Source of the DNA: Bdellovibrionales bacterium
GTDB lineage: Bacteria > Bdellovibrionota > Bdellovibrionia > Bdellovibrionales > UBA1609
DNA: 64,000 nt
Reading direction: 5' to 3'
NCBI GenBank assembly: GCA_965199825.1
Contig: OZ241329.1
Coordinates: 2,464,001 to 2,528,000 of the forward strand
Part shown: piece after piece, positions 20,377 through 30,332 of the stretch
Numbering within the stretch: the first letter of the stretch is position 1
Layout: each line of letters begins with the position of its first letter
Notes under the pieces: generated by a model
Database searches by the model: none
What the model was told of the DNA's origin: nothing
The model's input: the letters and a program-made list of their open reading frames with translations, nothing else
Position numbers and translations under genes: made by a program

Positions 20377-20544
20377 ATGCGACTACTCATTTTATTATTG
20401 GCGTTTGCACCTTATACATTTGCCGACGAACCGCCCGTTCCCGAAACCGAACGAACACCTCAGTCGATTCAAAGCATTAAGCCAGATGCCGAACTCGAAC
20501 AACCCATCATCATCGATATCAACGATCAAACCGGCCGCAATTAG
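20377..20544 (+). CDS. Small exported acidic protein (55 aa), absent from the ORF track
   Basis: GGAGGA RBS; MRLLILLLAFAPYTFA-DEPPVPETERTPQSIQSIKPDAELEQPIIIDINDQTGRN*. Confidence 0.7.
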   Translation: MRLLILLLAFAPYTFADEPPVPETERTPQSIQSIKPDAELEQPIIIDINDQTGRN

Positions 20545-20614
20545 GACGCGCTCTACCTTGGTCCACACTTTCAAAACGGAAGTGCGTCAAAATCGAATCA
20601 TATAAAGTTGCTAC

Positions 20615-22237
20615 ATGTTTGTGTCGGGTTTACAAAATATAGGAAGGGATTTTGGTGGAAACTTAATGCGCAGAATGAAAGTGCTTGTTGTTGACAGCAG
20701 CGGAGAAAATTCTGAGGCATTCTCAATTCTCAATGACCACGGCGATCTCGAACCCTTCCTATCAACCGATCAAGATAGCACTCTCAATATTTTAAACACC
20801 CATACCTTCGACTTGATCATATTCAGCACTATATCTTCGTTTAAAAAAAAATTGGATTTAGCTTCGGTTGTTCGCTCACATCAAAAAAATTGTGATCTCA
20901 TTTTTTTAATTCAGCCCAACGAGTTGGGGCTGGTAAATACAACCAAAGAAAAATTTGAGCGCTTAGATATTTTCTTTGAGCCCTTTGATCCGGTCTATTT
21001 TGAATTTAAAATCCAATTTCATTTGGAATTATTTAAACAAAAAAAGTTGATCCATCGTCAGCTCGAAGAGATCGAGCATTTAAGAGTCGAAGCCGATTCG
21101 GCCAATTTGGCCAAGGGTCAGTTCTTGGCCAATATCTCTCATGAGATTCGCACTCCACTTGCGGCTGTGATGGGCTTTTCAGAATTGATTGCCAGGAACA
21201 ATCCTCCAAATGAGCAAAACAAAGAATTGATGGCCGCGATCGAGCGCAATGGAACCCTTTTATTAAGACTCGTCGATGATATTCTTGATTTATCAAAAAG
21301 CGAAATCAACCAAGTTGAAATCGAAAAGTCGGTTTTTAATCTTAAAGAATTGATTTCGGATATCTATGCCACGGTCAGTTTTCGCGCTCGCGAAAAAGGC
21401 TTAGATGTTCTGTTCAAATTGCCCGAAGTGATTCAATCCAATTATGTATCGGACCCCACGAGAATTAAACAAATTTTATTAAACGTTGTTGGCAATGCCA
21501 TCAAATTTAGCTCCAGTGGCAAAATAGAATTGATCATGAGCTTACAGCCCTCTGAGCTGTGCGAGCGATTGACCTTTTTTGTAAGTGATGAGGGTATTGG
21601 ACTCTCACCCAACCAAATTGAGAATTTATTTAAACCATTTAGCCAAGCCGATGCCTCGACCCGTCGTAACCACGGAGGATCTGGTTTGGGCCTTGCGATC
21701 TCAAGACAAATTGCTCGATCTCTTAAAGGCGATCTGACACTGGCATCTTCAATCCCAGGGCAGGGATCGATTTTTAAAATTGAGATCTTGCTGGATCTAC
21801 CAAAAAAACAAAATCTTGAAATCGTCCGTAAAAATAAAGAGCCTTCAACCGTTGATTTGCGAGGAAAAACTATATTGGCGGTGGATGACTCCCACGATAA
21901 TCTTATGCTCATCTCGCAGTTTTTAAAAGATTCAGGGGCACATATTAGTTTTGTCGACAGTGGGATCCAGGCTGTCGACAAAGTTAAACAAAACAATTTT
22001 GATTTGATCCTGATGGATATTCAAATGCCTGGGATGGATGGCAATCAAACCACCGAAGAAATCAGGCACCTTGGCTTTAGCCGGCCAATCTTAGCCCTCA
22101 CCGCCCATGCGTTAAGATCCGAGCATGATCGATGTCTTGATGCGGGTTGTACAGGAGTTTTAACAAAACCGATCTTGCGAGCCACCCTCATCGAAAAAAT
22201 CAGTGAGCATCTGAAGCTTGCGGCTTTAAGCGTTTAG
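20615..22237 (+). CDS. Hybrid sensor histidine kinase/response regulator (pseudo-REC, HisKA, HATPase, REC)
   Basis: FLANISHEIRTPL, NAIKF, DEGIG, GGSGLGL, LMDIQMP; true start may be 20666. Confidence 0.93.
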   Translation: MFVSGLQNIGRDFGGNLMRRMKVLVVDSSGENSEAFSILNDHGDLEPFLSTDQDSTLNILNTHTFDLIIFSTISSFKKKLDLASVVRSHQKNCDLIFLIQPNELGLVNTTKEKFERLDIFFEPFDPVYFEFKIQFHLELFKQKKLIHRQLEEIEHLRVEADSANLAKGQFLANISHEIRTPLAAVMGFSELIARNNPPNEQNKELMAAIERNGTLLLRLVDDILDLSKSEINQVEIEKSVFNLKELISDIYATVSFRAREKGLDVLFKLPEVIQSNYVSDPTRIKQILLNVVGNAIKFSSSGKIELIMSLQPSELCERLTFFVSDEGIGLSPNQIENLFKPFSQADASTRRNHGGSGLGLAISRQIARSLKGDLTLASSIPGQGSIFKIEILLDLPKKQNLEIVRKNKEPSTVDLRGKTILAVDDSHDNLMLISQFLKDSGAHISFVDSGIQAVDKVKQNNFDLILMDIQMPGMDGNQTTEEIRHLGFSRPILALTAHALRSEHDRCLDAGCTGVLTKPILRATLIEKISEHLKLAALSV

Positions 22238-23365
22238 AGCTTGGTGAATGTTTTTTCTAAAAATGAGAGTGAGCGGCAAAAGCACAGCCACAAGGGTGGC
22301 TGCCGAAGTGGCGATCCAAATCGGATAGCTTTCAAAAAAACTCGAGGGCACTCGATCAAGTGTGGGAAGACTTGAAGCCAAAATATTTCGCAAAAGATCA
22401 AATAGAATCATGTCACACATTGCACCCAAACAAATTCCTACAGAACTTAAAAAAACAGCTTCCCAAATCAGCCACATCATAATCTCGAATTTTTGATAAC
22501 CCAACGAGCGAACCACCGCAATTTGGAGTTCGATCACTTCGAAGCGGGCAAAAAGCATGAGCGCAATAGCAAGCCCACTTAAAAGTAAAATTAAAAAATT
22601 AATCACCCAACTGAGGGTTTGGCCAAGTCCCATCAAGGACTTAAGCCTTTCGAGTTGTGGAGCAACCTCAACAAACTGAGCAACACTGCGTTGGTTGATT
22701 AATGATTTTAATTCGGCGGGCGCAGAGCTTGAGAGCCGAATCAAAAAATAATTCAGAACTTGGTTTCCCCAAATCGATGTTTTTGGATCAATCAAAGATT
22801 GGGCTTCTGCGAGAGGAATAAAGCTCATTAAATCCCAAAAATTATGTTGCGGTTGAAATTGCCCAACCACCACAAATTCTCGCTGCAAAAACGTGATCTT
22901 TTGGTTTATCGCAACGCTTGCCCCGATTACGATCTCGCCGGAATGAATCGGAAGTCGCCCCGACTGCAAATCAAAATGCAGTCGATCAAGGTCTGTCCCG
23001 ATTCCAAATTTATCAAAATACAAAATGGGCATGATTGTTTTAATACTTGAGGTTGAAACATCGGCCCCGTCTCCAAACTTGACCCCATGCTCAAAACGTA
23101 AAGACTGATACAATTTAAATGGTAAATAACCGTTATTTATATATTCGCCATTGAGTGCACCCAAAAGAATATCGTTGGGATCTGATTTCGGACCGATCAC
23201 CACATCAAAGCTCGAATCAAGAGACTGCATGCGATGGCTCGACAAAGTATTTAGACGGTAAAGAACCCCACTGGTTGTCACAGCGATTGCGATGGCGATC
23301 ACCGCAAGAGTGGTGCTGAGTGGTTTTCTAACCAAATACAGATAGGCAAGTTTAGCCGGCCGCAT
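22226..23365 (-). CDS. FtsX/MacB-like ABC transporter permease
   Basis: 1+3 TM layout with periplasmic domain; IAVVRSLG motif; start at MRPAKL. Confidence 0.8.
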   Translation of the reverse strand: MRPAKLAYLYLVRKPLSTTLAVIAIAIAVTTSGVLYRLNTLSSHRMQSLDSSFDVVIGPKSDPNDILLGALNGEYINNGYLPFKLYQSLRFEHGVKFGDGADVSTSSIKTIMPILYFDKFGIGTDLDRLHFDLQSGRLPIHSGEIVIGASVAINQKITFLQREFVVVGQFQPQHNFWDLMSFIPLAEAQSLIDPKTSIWGNQVLNYFLIRLSSSAPAELKSLINQRSVAQFVEVAPQLERLKSLMGLGQTLSWVINFLILLLSGLAIALMLFARFEVIELQIAVVRSLGYQKFEIMMWLIWEAVFLSSVGICLGAMCDMILFDLLRNILASSLPTLDRVPSSFFESYPIWIATSAATLVAVLLPLTLIFRKNIHQALNA

Positions 23366-23963
23366 TTTTGGTCCATTGCGAAAAATCAATGATGGAGTCA
23401 AACTGATCATCAAAACGAAAATCGTGACTGGCAACAATGAGAGTGTGTTTTCCGTCAAATAGACTTTTCATGACAGCCTTGCCATTGATTTCATCAAGAC
23501 TTGAAGTTGGCTCATCAGCCAGTATCAGTTGAGCATTCATACTTAAAGCCCTCGCACACGCAACACGTTGTTGCTCACCTAGACTTAAGGTTTTGGTCAA
23601 AGTTTTAGCTTTGTGATTTAAATTTAATTTATTTAAAATTTGGCTAACCGATATATTGGTTTCAACCAGCTGGATGTTTTCTTCCACGGTTAAAAATCCT
23701 AAAAGATTCAGCCGCTGAAATATCAGGCCGATTTCACTCCGGCGAAGCGCACATTTTTGGCCCTCGCTCATTTGCTCTAAATGATTTTTGCCGATTTGAA
23801 TTTTGCCAGAGTGCGGTTGAAATAAACCAGCCAACAGATGAAGAAACGTGGTCTTTCCTTTGCCACTCGCTCCGCGGATTAAAATCTTTTGGCCACTTAA
23901 AACTTTAAATTGATCAATAAAAAATAATTTTGATTGATCCGGCTTTAAGACCTCGACCGCCAT
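23352..23963 (-). CDS. LolD-like ABC transporter ATP-binding protein
   Basis: GASGKGKT, LSLGEQQR, ILADEPTSSLD, SHD. Confidence 0.9.
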   Translation of the reverse strand: MAVEVLKPDQSKLFFIDQFKVLSGQKILIRGASGKGKTTFLHLLAGLFQPHSGKIQIGKNHLEQMSEGQKCALRRSEIGLIFQRLNLLGFLTVEENIQLVETNISVSQILNKLNLNHKAKTLTKTLSLGEQQRVACARALSMNAQLILADEPTSSLDEINGKAVMKSLFDGKHTLIVASHDFRFDDQFDSIIDFSQWTKNAAG

Positions 23964-24059
23964 GAGTTGCACATCCATCCTGATAGAGTCACAGCTTCGG
24001 ATTTATTTGCCAATAAAAATTGCGAGCGCTAAACGTCTGATTCATAGGAGAATTTTAAT

Positions 24060-24809
24060 ATGGTTACATTGTCGTTACTTGTCGCGATCCTGCCTTTATC
24101 TCTGGCAAAAATTAAAACCGAAACGGTGGAATACAAACAAGATCAAACCACATTAGAGGGTTTTTTGGCTTATGATGATCAATCCAAAGCGATGAAGCCG
24201 GGTGCGGTCATTTTTCACGACTGGATGGGGATTTCTGATTTTACCAAAGAAAAAGCGATTCAAATGGCAAAAATGGGATACATCGCATTCGCAGCCGATA
24301 TGTTTGGCAAAAATATTCGGCCAAAAAATCATGAAGAAGCCGCAAAGGCGATGACCACGGTAAAAACCGATCTCGAACTTTTAAGAAAAAGAACTCAAGC
24401 CGCGCTTGATCAGTTGCAAAAAAATAAATCGGTCGATCCCAGTCATATTATTGCCTTTGGTTTTTGTTTTGGTGGGACATGTGCCCTTGAGCTTGGCCGA
24501 ACTGGTGCTCCCCTCACCAAGATTGCATCCTTTCATGGGGGCCTTGCAACTCCGCGTCCCGAAGATGCCAAGAACATAAAGGGCAAAGTTTTAATTATGC
24601 ATGGAGCAGAGGATCCCTTTGTGCCCGCAAAAGAGGTCGAAGAATTTAAAAAAGGAATGGCTCATGTGAATATGAAATTTATCTCGTACCCTGGCGCGGT
24701 GCATGCGTTTACCAATCCAATGGCGGGTTCAGATAAATCAAAAGGTTTGGCCTACAATCCTGAAGTTGCCAAAAAAGCGTGGGATGATTTTACTCAATTT
24801 ATAAAATAA
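24060..24809 (+). CDS. Dienelactone hydrolase family protein (exported)
   Basis: GFCFGG, HGAEDP, YPGAVHAFTNP; AGGAG RBS. Confidence 0.92.
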   Translation: MVTLSLLVAILPLSLAKIKTETVEYKQDQTTLEGFLAYDDQSKAMKPGAVIFHDWMGISDFTKEKAIQMAKMGYIAFAADMFGKNIRPKNHEEAAKAMTTVKTDLELLRKRTQAALDQLQKNKSVDPSHIIAFGFCFGGTCALELGRTGAPLTKIASFHGGLATPRPEDAKNIKGKVLIMHGAEDPFVPAKEVEEFKKGMAHVNMKFISYPGAVHAFTNPMAGSDKSKGLAYNPEVAKKAWDDFTQFIK

Positions 24810-24810
24810 A

Positions 24811-25518
24811 CTACATGCCCAAATAATGGCGTTGAACATCGGAGCTTTCTAAAAGCTCCTTACCCGTGCCGGCCAAAACAATTTGGCCAGTTTCTAAAAC
24901 ATAAGCGCGATGAGCCAATTGAAGAGCGAGTCGCGCGTTTTGTTCCACCAATAATATAGTCATACCATTTTTATTTAGTGTTTTTAAAATCTCAAAAATT
25001 TGGGCTACGATAATTGGTGCAAGTCCAAGTGAGGGCTCATCCAGCAAAAGTATTTTTGGCTGCGACAAGATCGCTCGAGAAATCGCAAGCATCTGCTGCT
25101 CGCCCCCCGAAAGTGTTCCGGCCTGTTGTGAGGCCCGCTCTCTGAGGCGCGGAAAAAGCTCGAACACATAATCAGTATCGCGAGCAATGGCCGAATGATC
25201 ACTCCGGTGGTAGGATCCAAGTCGAAGATTTTCTGACACACTCATATTGCCAAAGATCCCTCGGCCCTCAGGGCAATGAACAAGTCCATCGCGCACTCGG
25301 CTCTCCGACGTCTTTCCCTCAAGCGATTGATCAAGAAAATGAATTTGCCCCTGGCATTTGATCAGTCCAGACAGGGCATGAAGAATCGATGTTTTGCCCG
25401 CGCCGTTTGCTCCTATCAAAGTGACGATTTCGCCCTCTTTGACATCAAACGAAATATCTTTGACCGCCTTAATCGATCCATAAGACACATTTAAATTTTT
25501 AACATTTAAAACGATCAT
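24811..25518 (-). CDS. livF: Branched-chain amino acid ABC transporter ATP-binding protein
   Basis: GANGAGKT, PEGRGIF, LSGGEQQML, DEPSLGLAP, VEQNA. Confidence 0.93.
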   Translation of the reverse strand: MIVLNVKNLNVSYGSIKAVKDISFDVKEGEIVTLIGANGAGKTSILHALSGLIKCQGQIHFLDQSLEGKTSESRVRDGLVHCPEGRGIFGNMSVSENLRLGSYHRSDHSAIARDTDYVFELFPRLRERASQQAGTLSGGEQQMLAISRAILSQPKILLLDEPSLGLAPIIVAQIFEILKTLNKNGMTILLVEQNARLALQLAHRAYVLETGQIVLAGTGKELLESSDVQRHYLGM

Positions 25519-26294
25519 GCGGGTTCGGTTCCTAAATAAGCTTCGATTACTTTTTTATTTTTTATGATCTCTTCGGGCTTTCCTTGAGCTATCAATTCAC
25601 CATGATCAAGCACGACGATCTTTTCGCAAATGCCCATGACCAATTTCATATCGTGCTCAATCAGTAAGATCGCCACATTAAACTCATTACGAATTTTTGA
25701 AATCAAGTGCATCAGCGATTTGGTTTCTGAAGGATTCATCCCCGCAGCAGGCTCATCAAGCAATAAAAGTTTAGGCTCGGTCGACAAGGCCCTTACAATT
25801 TCGAGCCGACGTTGCTGACCATAAGACAAATTGCCCGCGCGCTCATTCTTCACATCGCTGAGAGAAAATAAATCGAGCAGTTGAAGAGCAAAGGCCTCAA
25901 GACCTTTTTCTTGCGCAACGAATTTTTTTGTTTGAATTAATCCACTCAAAAAACCGTAGTTGATTTTTTTGGCAGCCGCAATCAGCACATTTTCTAAAAC
26001 CGAGAGGTTTGAAAAAAGCCGAATGTTCTGAAAGGTTCGTGCAATCCCAATCCGGTTGACCGCGTAGGGTTTGAGTCCATGAACTTCGCGTTCATTAAAC
26101 AAAATTTGTCCAGAGGTTGGCTCATAAACACCAGAGAGCAGATTGAATGCGGTGGTTTTGCCAGCCCCATTGGGTCCGATTAAACCCACAAGCTCCTGCG
26201 GTTGAACTTCAAAACTCAAACCCTCAAGGGCTTGAAGTCCGCCAAAACGAATGCCTAAGTTTTTGACCTCGAGCAGTTTTTTAGCGACTGGCAT
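25515..26294 (-). CDS. livG: Branched-chain amino acid ABC transporter ATP-binding protein
   Basis: GPNGAGKTT, RTFQNIRLF, LSYGQQRRLEI, DEPAAGMN, EAYLG. Confidence 0.93.
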   Translation of the reverse strand: MPVAKKLLEVKNLGIRFGGLQALEGLSFEVQPQELVGLIGPNGAGKTTAFNLLSGVYEPTSGQILFNEREVHGLKPYAVNRIGIARTFQNIRLFSNLSVLENVLIAAAKKINYGFLSGLIQTKKFVAQEKGLEAFALQLLDLFSLSDVKNERAGNLSYGQQRRLEIVRALSTEPKLLLLDEPAAGMNPSETKSLMHLISKIRNEFNVAILLIEHDMKLVMGICEKIVVLDHGELIAQGKPEEIIKNKKVIEAYLGTEPA

Positions 26295-27207
26295 AATTTC
26301 CCAGCAAACCACGAGGTCGCAAGAGCATCAGACCAATTAATAAAAGAGAATAAATAATCATGCGAAGATCATAACCAATTAATGTTTGTAAAGGCCGCAA
26401 GAGCTCGGGCAAAACGGTGACCAAGATTGCGCCCAAGATCGACCCGCTCAAACTCCCCATCCCGCCGAGGACCACCATGATCACCACATCGACTGATTTG
26501 ATAAACTGAAAGATCGAAGGATTTAAATTTCCGGTAAAATGGGCAAATAAACTTCCCGCCGCACCAGCAAAAAAACTTGATATCACAAAGGCCTGCACCT
26601 TAATCAATGTGGTATTAAGGCCCAAAGATTCGGCAGCAATTTCATTTTCACGAACCGCCAAAAAATTTCGTCCGCGATTCATTTTCATCAGGCGAGAAAT
26701 TAAAAACACGGTGACTAAAGCCCACATCACAATGTGGCCATCACTCAAAATTGTTTGGGGAATAAAGGCGATATTGGACATGCCTCGAGCACCCCCGACC
26801 GCTTCGAGATTTAAAAGTCCCACCCGAATGATTTCACCAAACCCAAGTGTGACGATCGCTAAATAATCCCCGCGCAATCGCAATGAAGGCAGACCAACGA
26901 GCACACCAAAGCCTGCGGCAACCAATCCGCCACAAAGGGCATAGAGTGGAAAATTAAGCCAATAAAGGCTTGCACTAAAAGGGTGAAATGTTTGGGCAAG
27001 CCAAGCTGAGGAGTAAGCCCCAACAGCCATAAAGCCCGCATGGCCCAATGAAAATTGGCCGGTCATTCCATTAATCAAATTGAGGCTTGTGCTCAAAATA
27101 ATTCCGATAAAACAGAGCACAACAATTTGCTGAATGTAAGCATTTACAAATTCTAAACCATAGCTAATCAAAACGGTGCCGAGCACCAATCCCAAAAACC
27201 ACTTCAT
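26281..27207 (-). CDS. livM: Branched-chain amino acid ABC transporter permease
   Basis: GQFSLGHAGF, LRGDYLAIVTLGFGEI, LGGMGS. Confidence 0.92.
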   Translation of the reverse strand: MKWFLGLVLGTVLISYGLEFVNAYIQQIVVLCFIGIILSTSLNLINGMTGQFSLGHAGFMAVGAYSSAWLAQTFHPFSASLYWLNFPLYALCGGLVAAGFGVLVGLPSLRLRGDYLAIVTLGFGEIIRVGLLNLEAVGGARGMSNIAFIPQTILSDGHIVMWALVTVFLISRLMKMNRGRNFLAVRENEIAAESLGLNTTLIKVQAFVISSFFAGAAGSLFAHFTGNLNPSIFQFIKSVDVVIMVVLGGMGSLSGSILGAILVTVLPELLRPLQTLIGYDLRMIIYSLLLIGLMLLRPRGLLGNYASR

Positions 27208-28109
27208 ACTTTTTCGGCCTGCTTCGTGCCTAAAAGACCAGTGGGTTTCCAAACCAAAACAACAATCAAAATTCCAAACGCAAAAGCATCACGGTAGCTC
27301 GATGACAAATAGCCACCCACAAATTCTTCACAAATGCCCATTAGCAAACTGCCCAACACCGCGCCCGAAAAACTGCCGATCCCGCCCAGCACGGCTGCAA
27401 CAAAGGCTTTGAGTCCATAGACCATTCCCATCAGCACATCAATTTTGGAATATTTAATTCCGACCAACACACTCGCCACTCCGGCAAGCCCTGAGCCAAT
27501 CACAAAGGTCAAAAGCACGATGCGATTGACCGAAATTCCCATTAAAGAAGCAACCTTGGGATCATAACTCACCGCCCGCATGGCCAAACCGGTTTTGGTT
27601 TTTTGGACAAAAAATCTTAACAGCAACATGATGATGACCGTCACGCTTAAAAGTGTGACATCAACTAAACGTATTTGAATTTGTCCCCACGAAAAAACCA
27701 CGCTGTCGTTTATAATTTCGGGAAAAGATTCTGGAGCTGCACCAAAAATTTGTTGCCCTGTGAATTGCAAAAATAAACTCACACCAATTGCGGTGATGAG
27801 CACATTCACTTTTGGTGAAGATCTTAGAGGTCGATAAGCCAAACGCTCAATCAGCAAACCAAGTACCGCACAGGTGGTCGAAGCAATTGCGATACAAATC
27901 AGCAATGAGACAAGACCCGGCGACTCGGCCAGTTTTAAATATTTTGCCCCATAAAACGCTGCAAAAGCCCCAACCATATAAACATCAGAATGGGCAAAGT
28001 TGATGAGCTGGAGAATCCCGTAAACCATTGTATAGCCTAGAGCAATCAACCCATAGATTGCTCCCACGTTCAGGCCATTAATAAGATGTTGTACTAGATT
28101 TTCCATCAC
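27204..28109 (-). CDS. livH: Branched-chain amino acid ABC transporter permease
   Basis: LIALGYTMVYGILQLINFAH, KAFVAAVLGGIG. Confidence 0.93.
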   Translation of the reverse strand: MMENLVQHLINGLNVGAIYGLIALGYTMVYGILQLINFAHSDVYMVGAFAAFYGAKYLKLAESPGLVSLLICIAIASTTCAVLGLLIERLAYRPLRSSPKVNVLITAIGVSLFLQFTGQQIFGAAPESFPEIINDSVVFSWGQIQIRLVDVTLLSVTVIIMLLLRFFVQKTKTGLAMRAVSYDPKVASLMGISVNRIVLLTFVIGSGLAGVASVLVGIKYSKIDVLMGMVYGLKAFVAAVLGGIGSFSGAVLGSLLMGICEEFVGGYLSSSYRDAFAFGILIVVLVWKPTGLLGTKQAEKV

Positions 28110-29242
28110 GGATTAATGGTGGTTACAAATCGCATTCCATCATCGGTGACTTGGACTACGACGGCGGATTTAACCGCGTCTCGCTTTTGATTGATGCTGA
28201 TATTGCCCGTCACCCCTTGAAGATTTTTAAGATTCAAAAGGGCAAGCCGAATATTATCAGGCGTTAAAGGATTGGCATTTTTTAGGGCTTGGATGGCGGC
28301 AAGTCCTGCATCATACCCTGCCGCCGAAAGACCGTCGGGCTTAGATGTAAAACGAGTTTTAAATCTTTTAACAAAATCGACAATAAAGGGGTCAGGATTT
28401 TCAGAATTAAAATGAGTCGAAAAGTAAGAACCGATCACCGCGCTTTTGCCGATTTCTTTTAATTTTGGCGACTCCCAACCATCACCACCAAGAAGAGTGG
28501 TTTTGATTCCGAGCTGGCGGGCTTGGCGAGCGATCAACCCCACACCGGTGTAGTAGCCTGGAATAAAAAGTCCATCAGGATTTTGACTACGAATTTCGGT
28601 GAGCTGAGCTTTGAAATCATTGTCGTCACCAGAATAATTTTGTTCGCTCACAATTTCGCCACCAAGAGTTTTAAAATCTTTTTTAAAACTTTCGGCAAAA
28701 CCAATGCTGTAATCCGATTTAAGATCTTTAAGAATCGCGATGCGCTTGAGTTTTAGATTTTTGGCCGCAAACTCGGCCATCACGTGACCTTGAAATACGG
28801 ATGTAAAACAAATTCGAAAAATAAAATCGCCGACCTCGGTAATTTTTGGATCCACCGATGAGGGCGTGATCAAAGGAATTTTATATTGTTGAGCAATGGG
28901 TGCTGCGAACAAAGTGCGCGGCGATGCGACTTCGCCCAAAATCAAAATCACTTTATCTTGAGTGATCAAGCGCTTAACGACTGTAGCGGCCTCATCGGGC
29001 TTTCCCTGATCATCGTAAGTGATCAGCCGAATTTTTCGACCGTTGATTCCGCCCTTGGCATTTTGTTCCTCAAACGCAAGCTTGATTCCATAGCTATCGC
29101 TGAGACCAAAAGTGGCCTCAGATCCGGTTAAGGATTCATATTCACCAACCAAGATATCTTGGTTTTCGAGAATGACAGGTTTTTGAGGTGTGCATGCGAC
29201 AAAAGCGCAAACGCTCCAGAGTACTAGAATTTTTAAAAGCAT
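28106..29242 (-). CDS. livK: Branched-chain amino acid ABC substrate-binding lipoprotein
   Basis: Lipobox FVAC; GGINGRKI.L...DD, DFKAQLT, GGDGW. Confidence 0.88.
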   Translation of the reverse strand: MLLKILVLWSVCAFVACTPQKPVILENQDILVGEYESLTGSEATFGLSDSYGIKLAFEEQNAKGGINGRKIRLITYDDQGKPDEAATVVKRLITQDKVILILGEVASPRTLFAAPIAQQYKIPLITPSSVDPKITEVGDFIFRICFTSVFQGHVMAEFAAKNLKLKRIAILKDLKSDYSIGFAESFKKDFKTLGGEIVSEQNYSGDDNDFKAQLTEIRSQNPDGLFIPGYYTGVGLIARQARQLGIKTTLLGGDGWESPKLKEIGKSAVIGSYFSTHFNSENPDPFIVDFVKRFKTRFTSKPDGLSAAGYDAGLAAIQALKNANPLTPDNIRLALLNLKNLQGVTGNISINQKRDAVKSAVVVQVTDDGMRFVTTINP

Positions 29243-29282
29243 GACGGCAAATACTAGCGAGGGCTTAAGAAGTTTGCAATCT

Positions 29283-29801
29283 TCAATCTTGGCTGAGCAC
29301 CGCAAATTTCACATCGGTGTAACCGGTGAGCATTGAGGTGTAGAGGACTTTTTGGATGAGTGAATAGGGCAGATCGCGATCGGCTTGGATCAACAATTTG
29401 CCATCAAACTGAACCTTTTCGTTTACAGAGGCAATATCGCGCAGCATTTTGGCTTTTTTATCTAGTTCTTGGTAAAGCGATTTTATAAAAAGATGATCGG
29501 TCTGATCAATATCTTCGGCTTTAAAACTGCCATTTGAAGAAAAATCCAAAACGCGCTGATCTTCGATCGACATTCCGGTTTTTGAAACAATTAATTTTAA
29601 AACATCAACCGGATCGGCAGGGCTTGTCGATGCAGGCAGAGTGAGCTCGGCACTGGGACTGATAACCACAGGAGAGGTGGTGTAGCTTTTAAGTAAGAAC
29701 ACCAAGAGGATCACAAACATATCCACCATCGACGTCACTTGAATTTTGAAGGTCGAAGGGACACGTTTGTCGATATATCTTTTCATTCCTGAGCGGGCCA
29801 T
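29283..29801 (-). CDS. ExbD/TolR family protein (AglS-like)
   Basis: VTSMVDMFVILLVFLLKSY TM with conserved Asp; IQADR.LPY. Confidence 0.85.
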   Translation of the reverse strand: MARSGMKRYIDKRVPSTFKIQVTSMVDMFVILLVFLLKSYTTSPVVISPSAELTLPASTSPADPVDVLKLIVSKTGMSIEDQRVLDFSSNGSFKAEDIDQTDHLFIKSLYQELDKKAKMLRDIASVNEKVQFDGKLLIQADRDLPYSLIQKVLYTSMLTGYTDVKFAVLSQD

Positions 29802-29803
29802 AT

Positions 29804-30331
29804 TTACTCCGTGACCACGTTACTAAAAGTAACATCTGGAAACATCAAATCGGTTTGAACATCGTGCCCACTTTTTTCGTCGCGAAACGAAAATTTTGTA
29901 TTCGCAGGTGCACGTCTGACCGCATCCATCACTTTAATAATCTCGTTCACCGAAACTGTTTCTGATGGAGCAAGCTCTAAGCGAAAAAGGCCGGGATAAT
30001 TTCTTTTTACGGTGGCAGCCATTGCGGTCAAAGCTGCAAGATCAAATATTCCATTTTTTAAAGCCACTTTATTGTCTGAGGTGTGGCCCTTGTCGTTAAC
30101 ACTAAAATTAAAACCATCACTCTTATTCATCTTGAGCTGAAGGCTCACACCCGGCGGTGTGGGCTGCTGTTGATCTTTTACAACTGCAGGAACTGGAGTC
30201 TCGATCATTTTCACTTGGATAAAGCACACACTGATCAGCAACATTGGAATCACCGTCACGATGATGTCCAACATTGGTGCAAGGTTTAATTCAAACGTCG
30301 CGTCGTCAGCGCGCTTCATCCAGCGAGCCAT
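29804..30331 (-). CDS. ExbD/TolR family protein (AglQ-like)
   Basis: ELNLAPMLDII TM; IIKVMDAVR. Confidence 0.85.
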   Translation of the reverse strand: MARWMKRADDATFELNLAPMLDIIVTVIPMLLISVCFIQVKMIETPVPAVVKDQQQPTPPGVSLQLKMNKSDGFNFSVNDKGHTSDNKVALKNGIFDLAALTAMAATVKRNYPGLFRLELAPSETVSVNEIIKVMDAVRRAPANTKFSFRDEKSGHDVQTDLMFPDVTFSNVVTE

Positions 30332-30332
30332 G

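Noticed and set aside
20339..20605. 88-aa ORF in the track
   Set aside because: The overlapping frame 20377..20544 has the RBS and signal peptide
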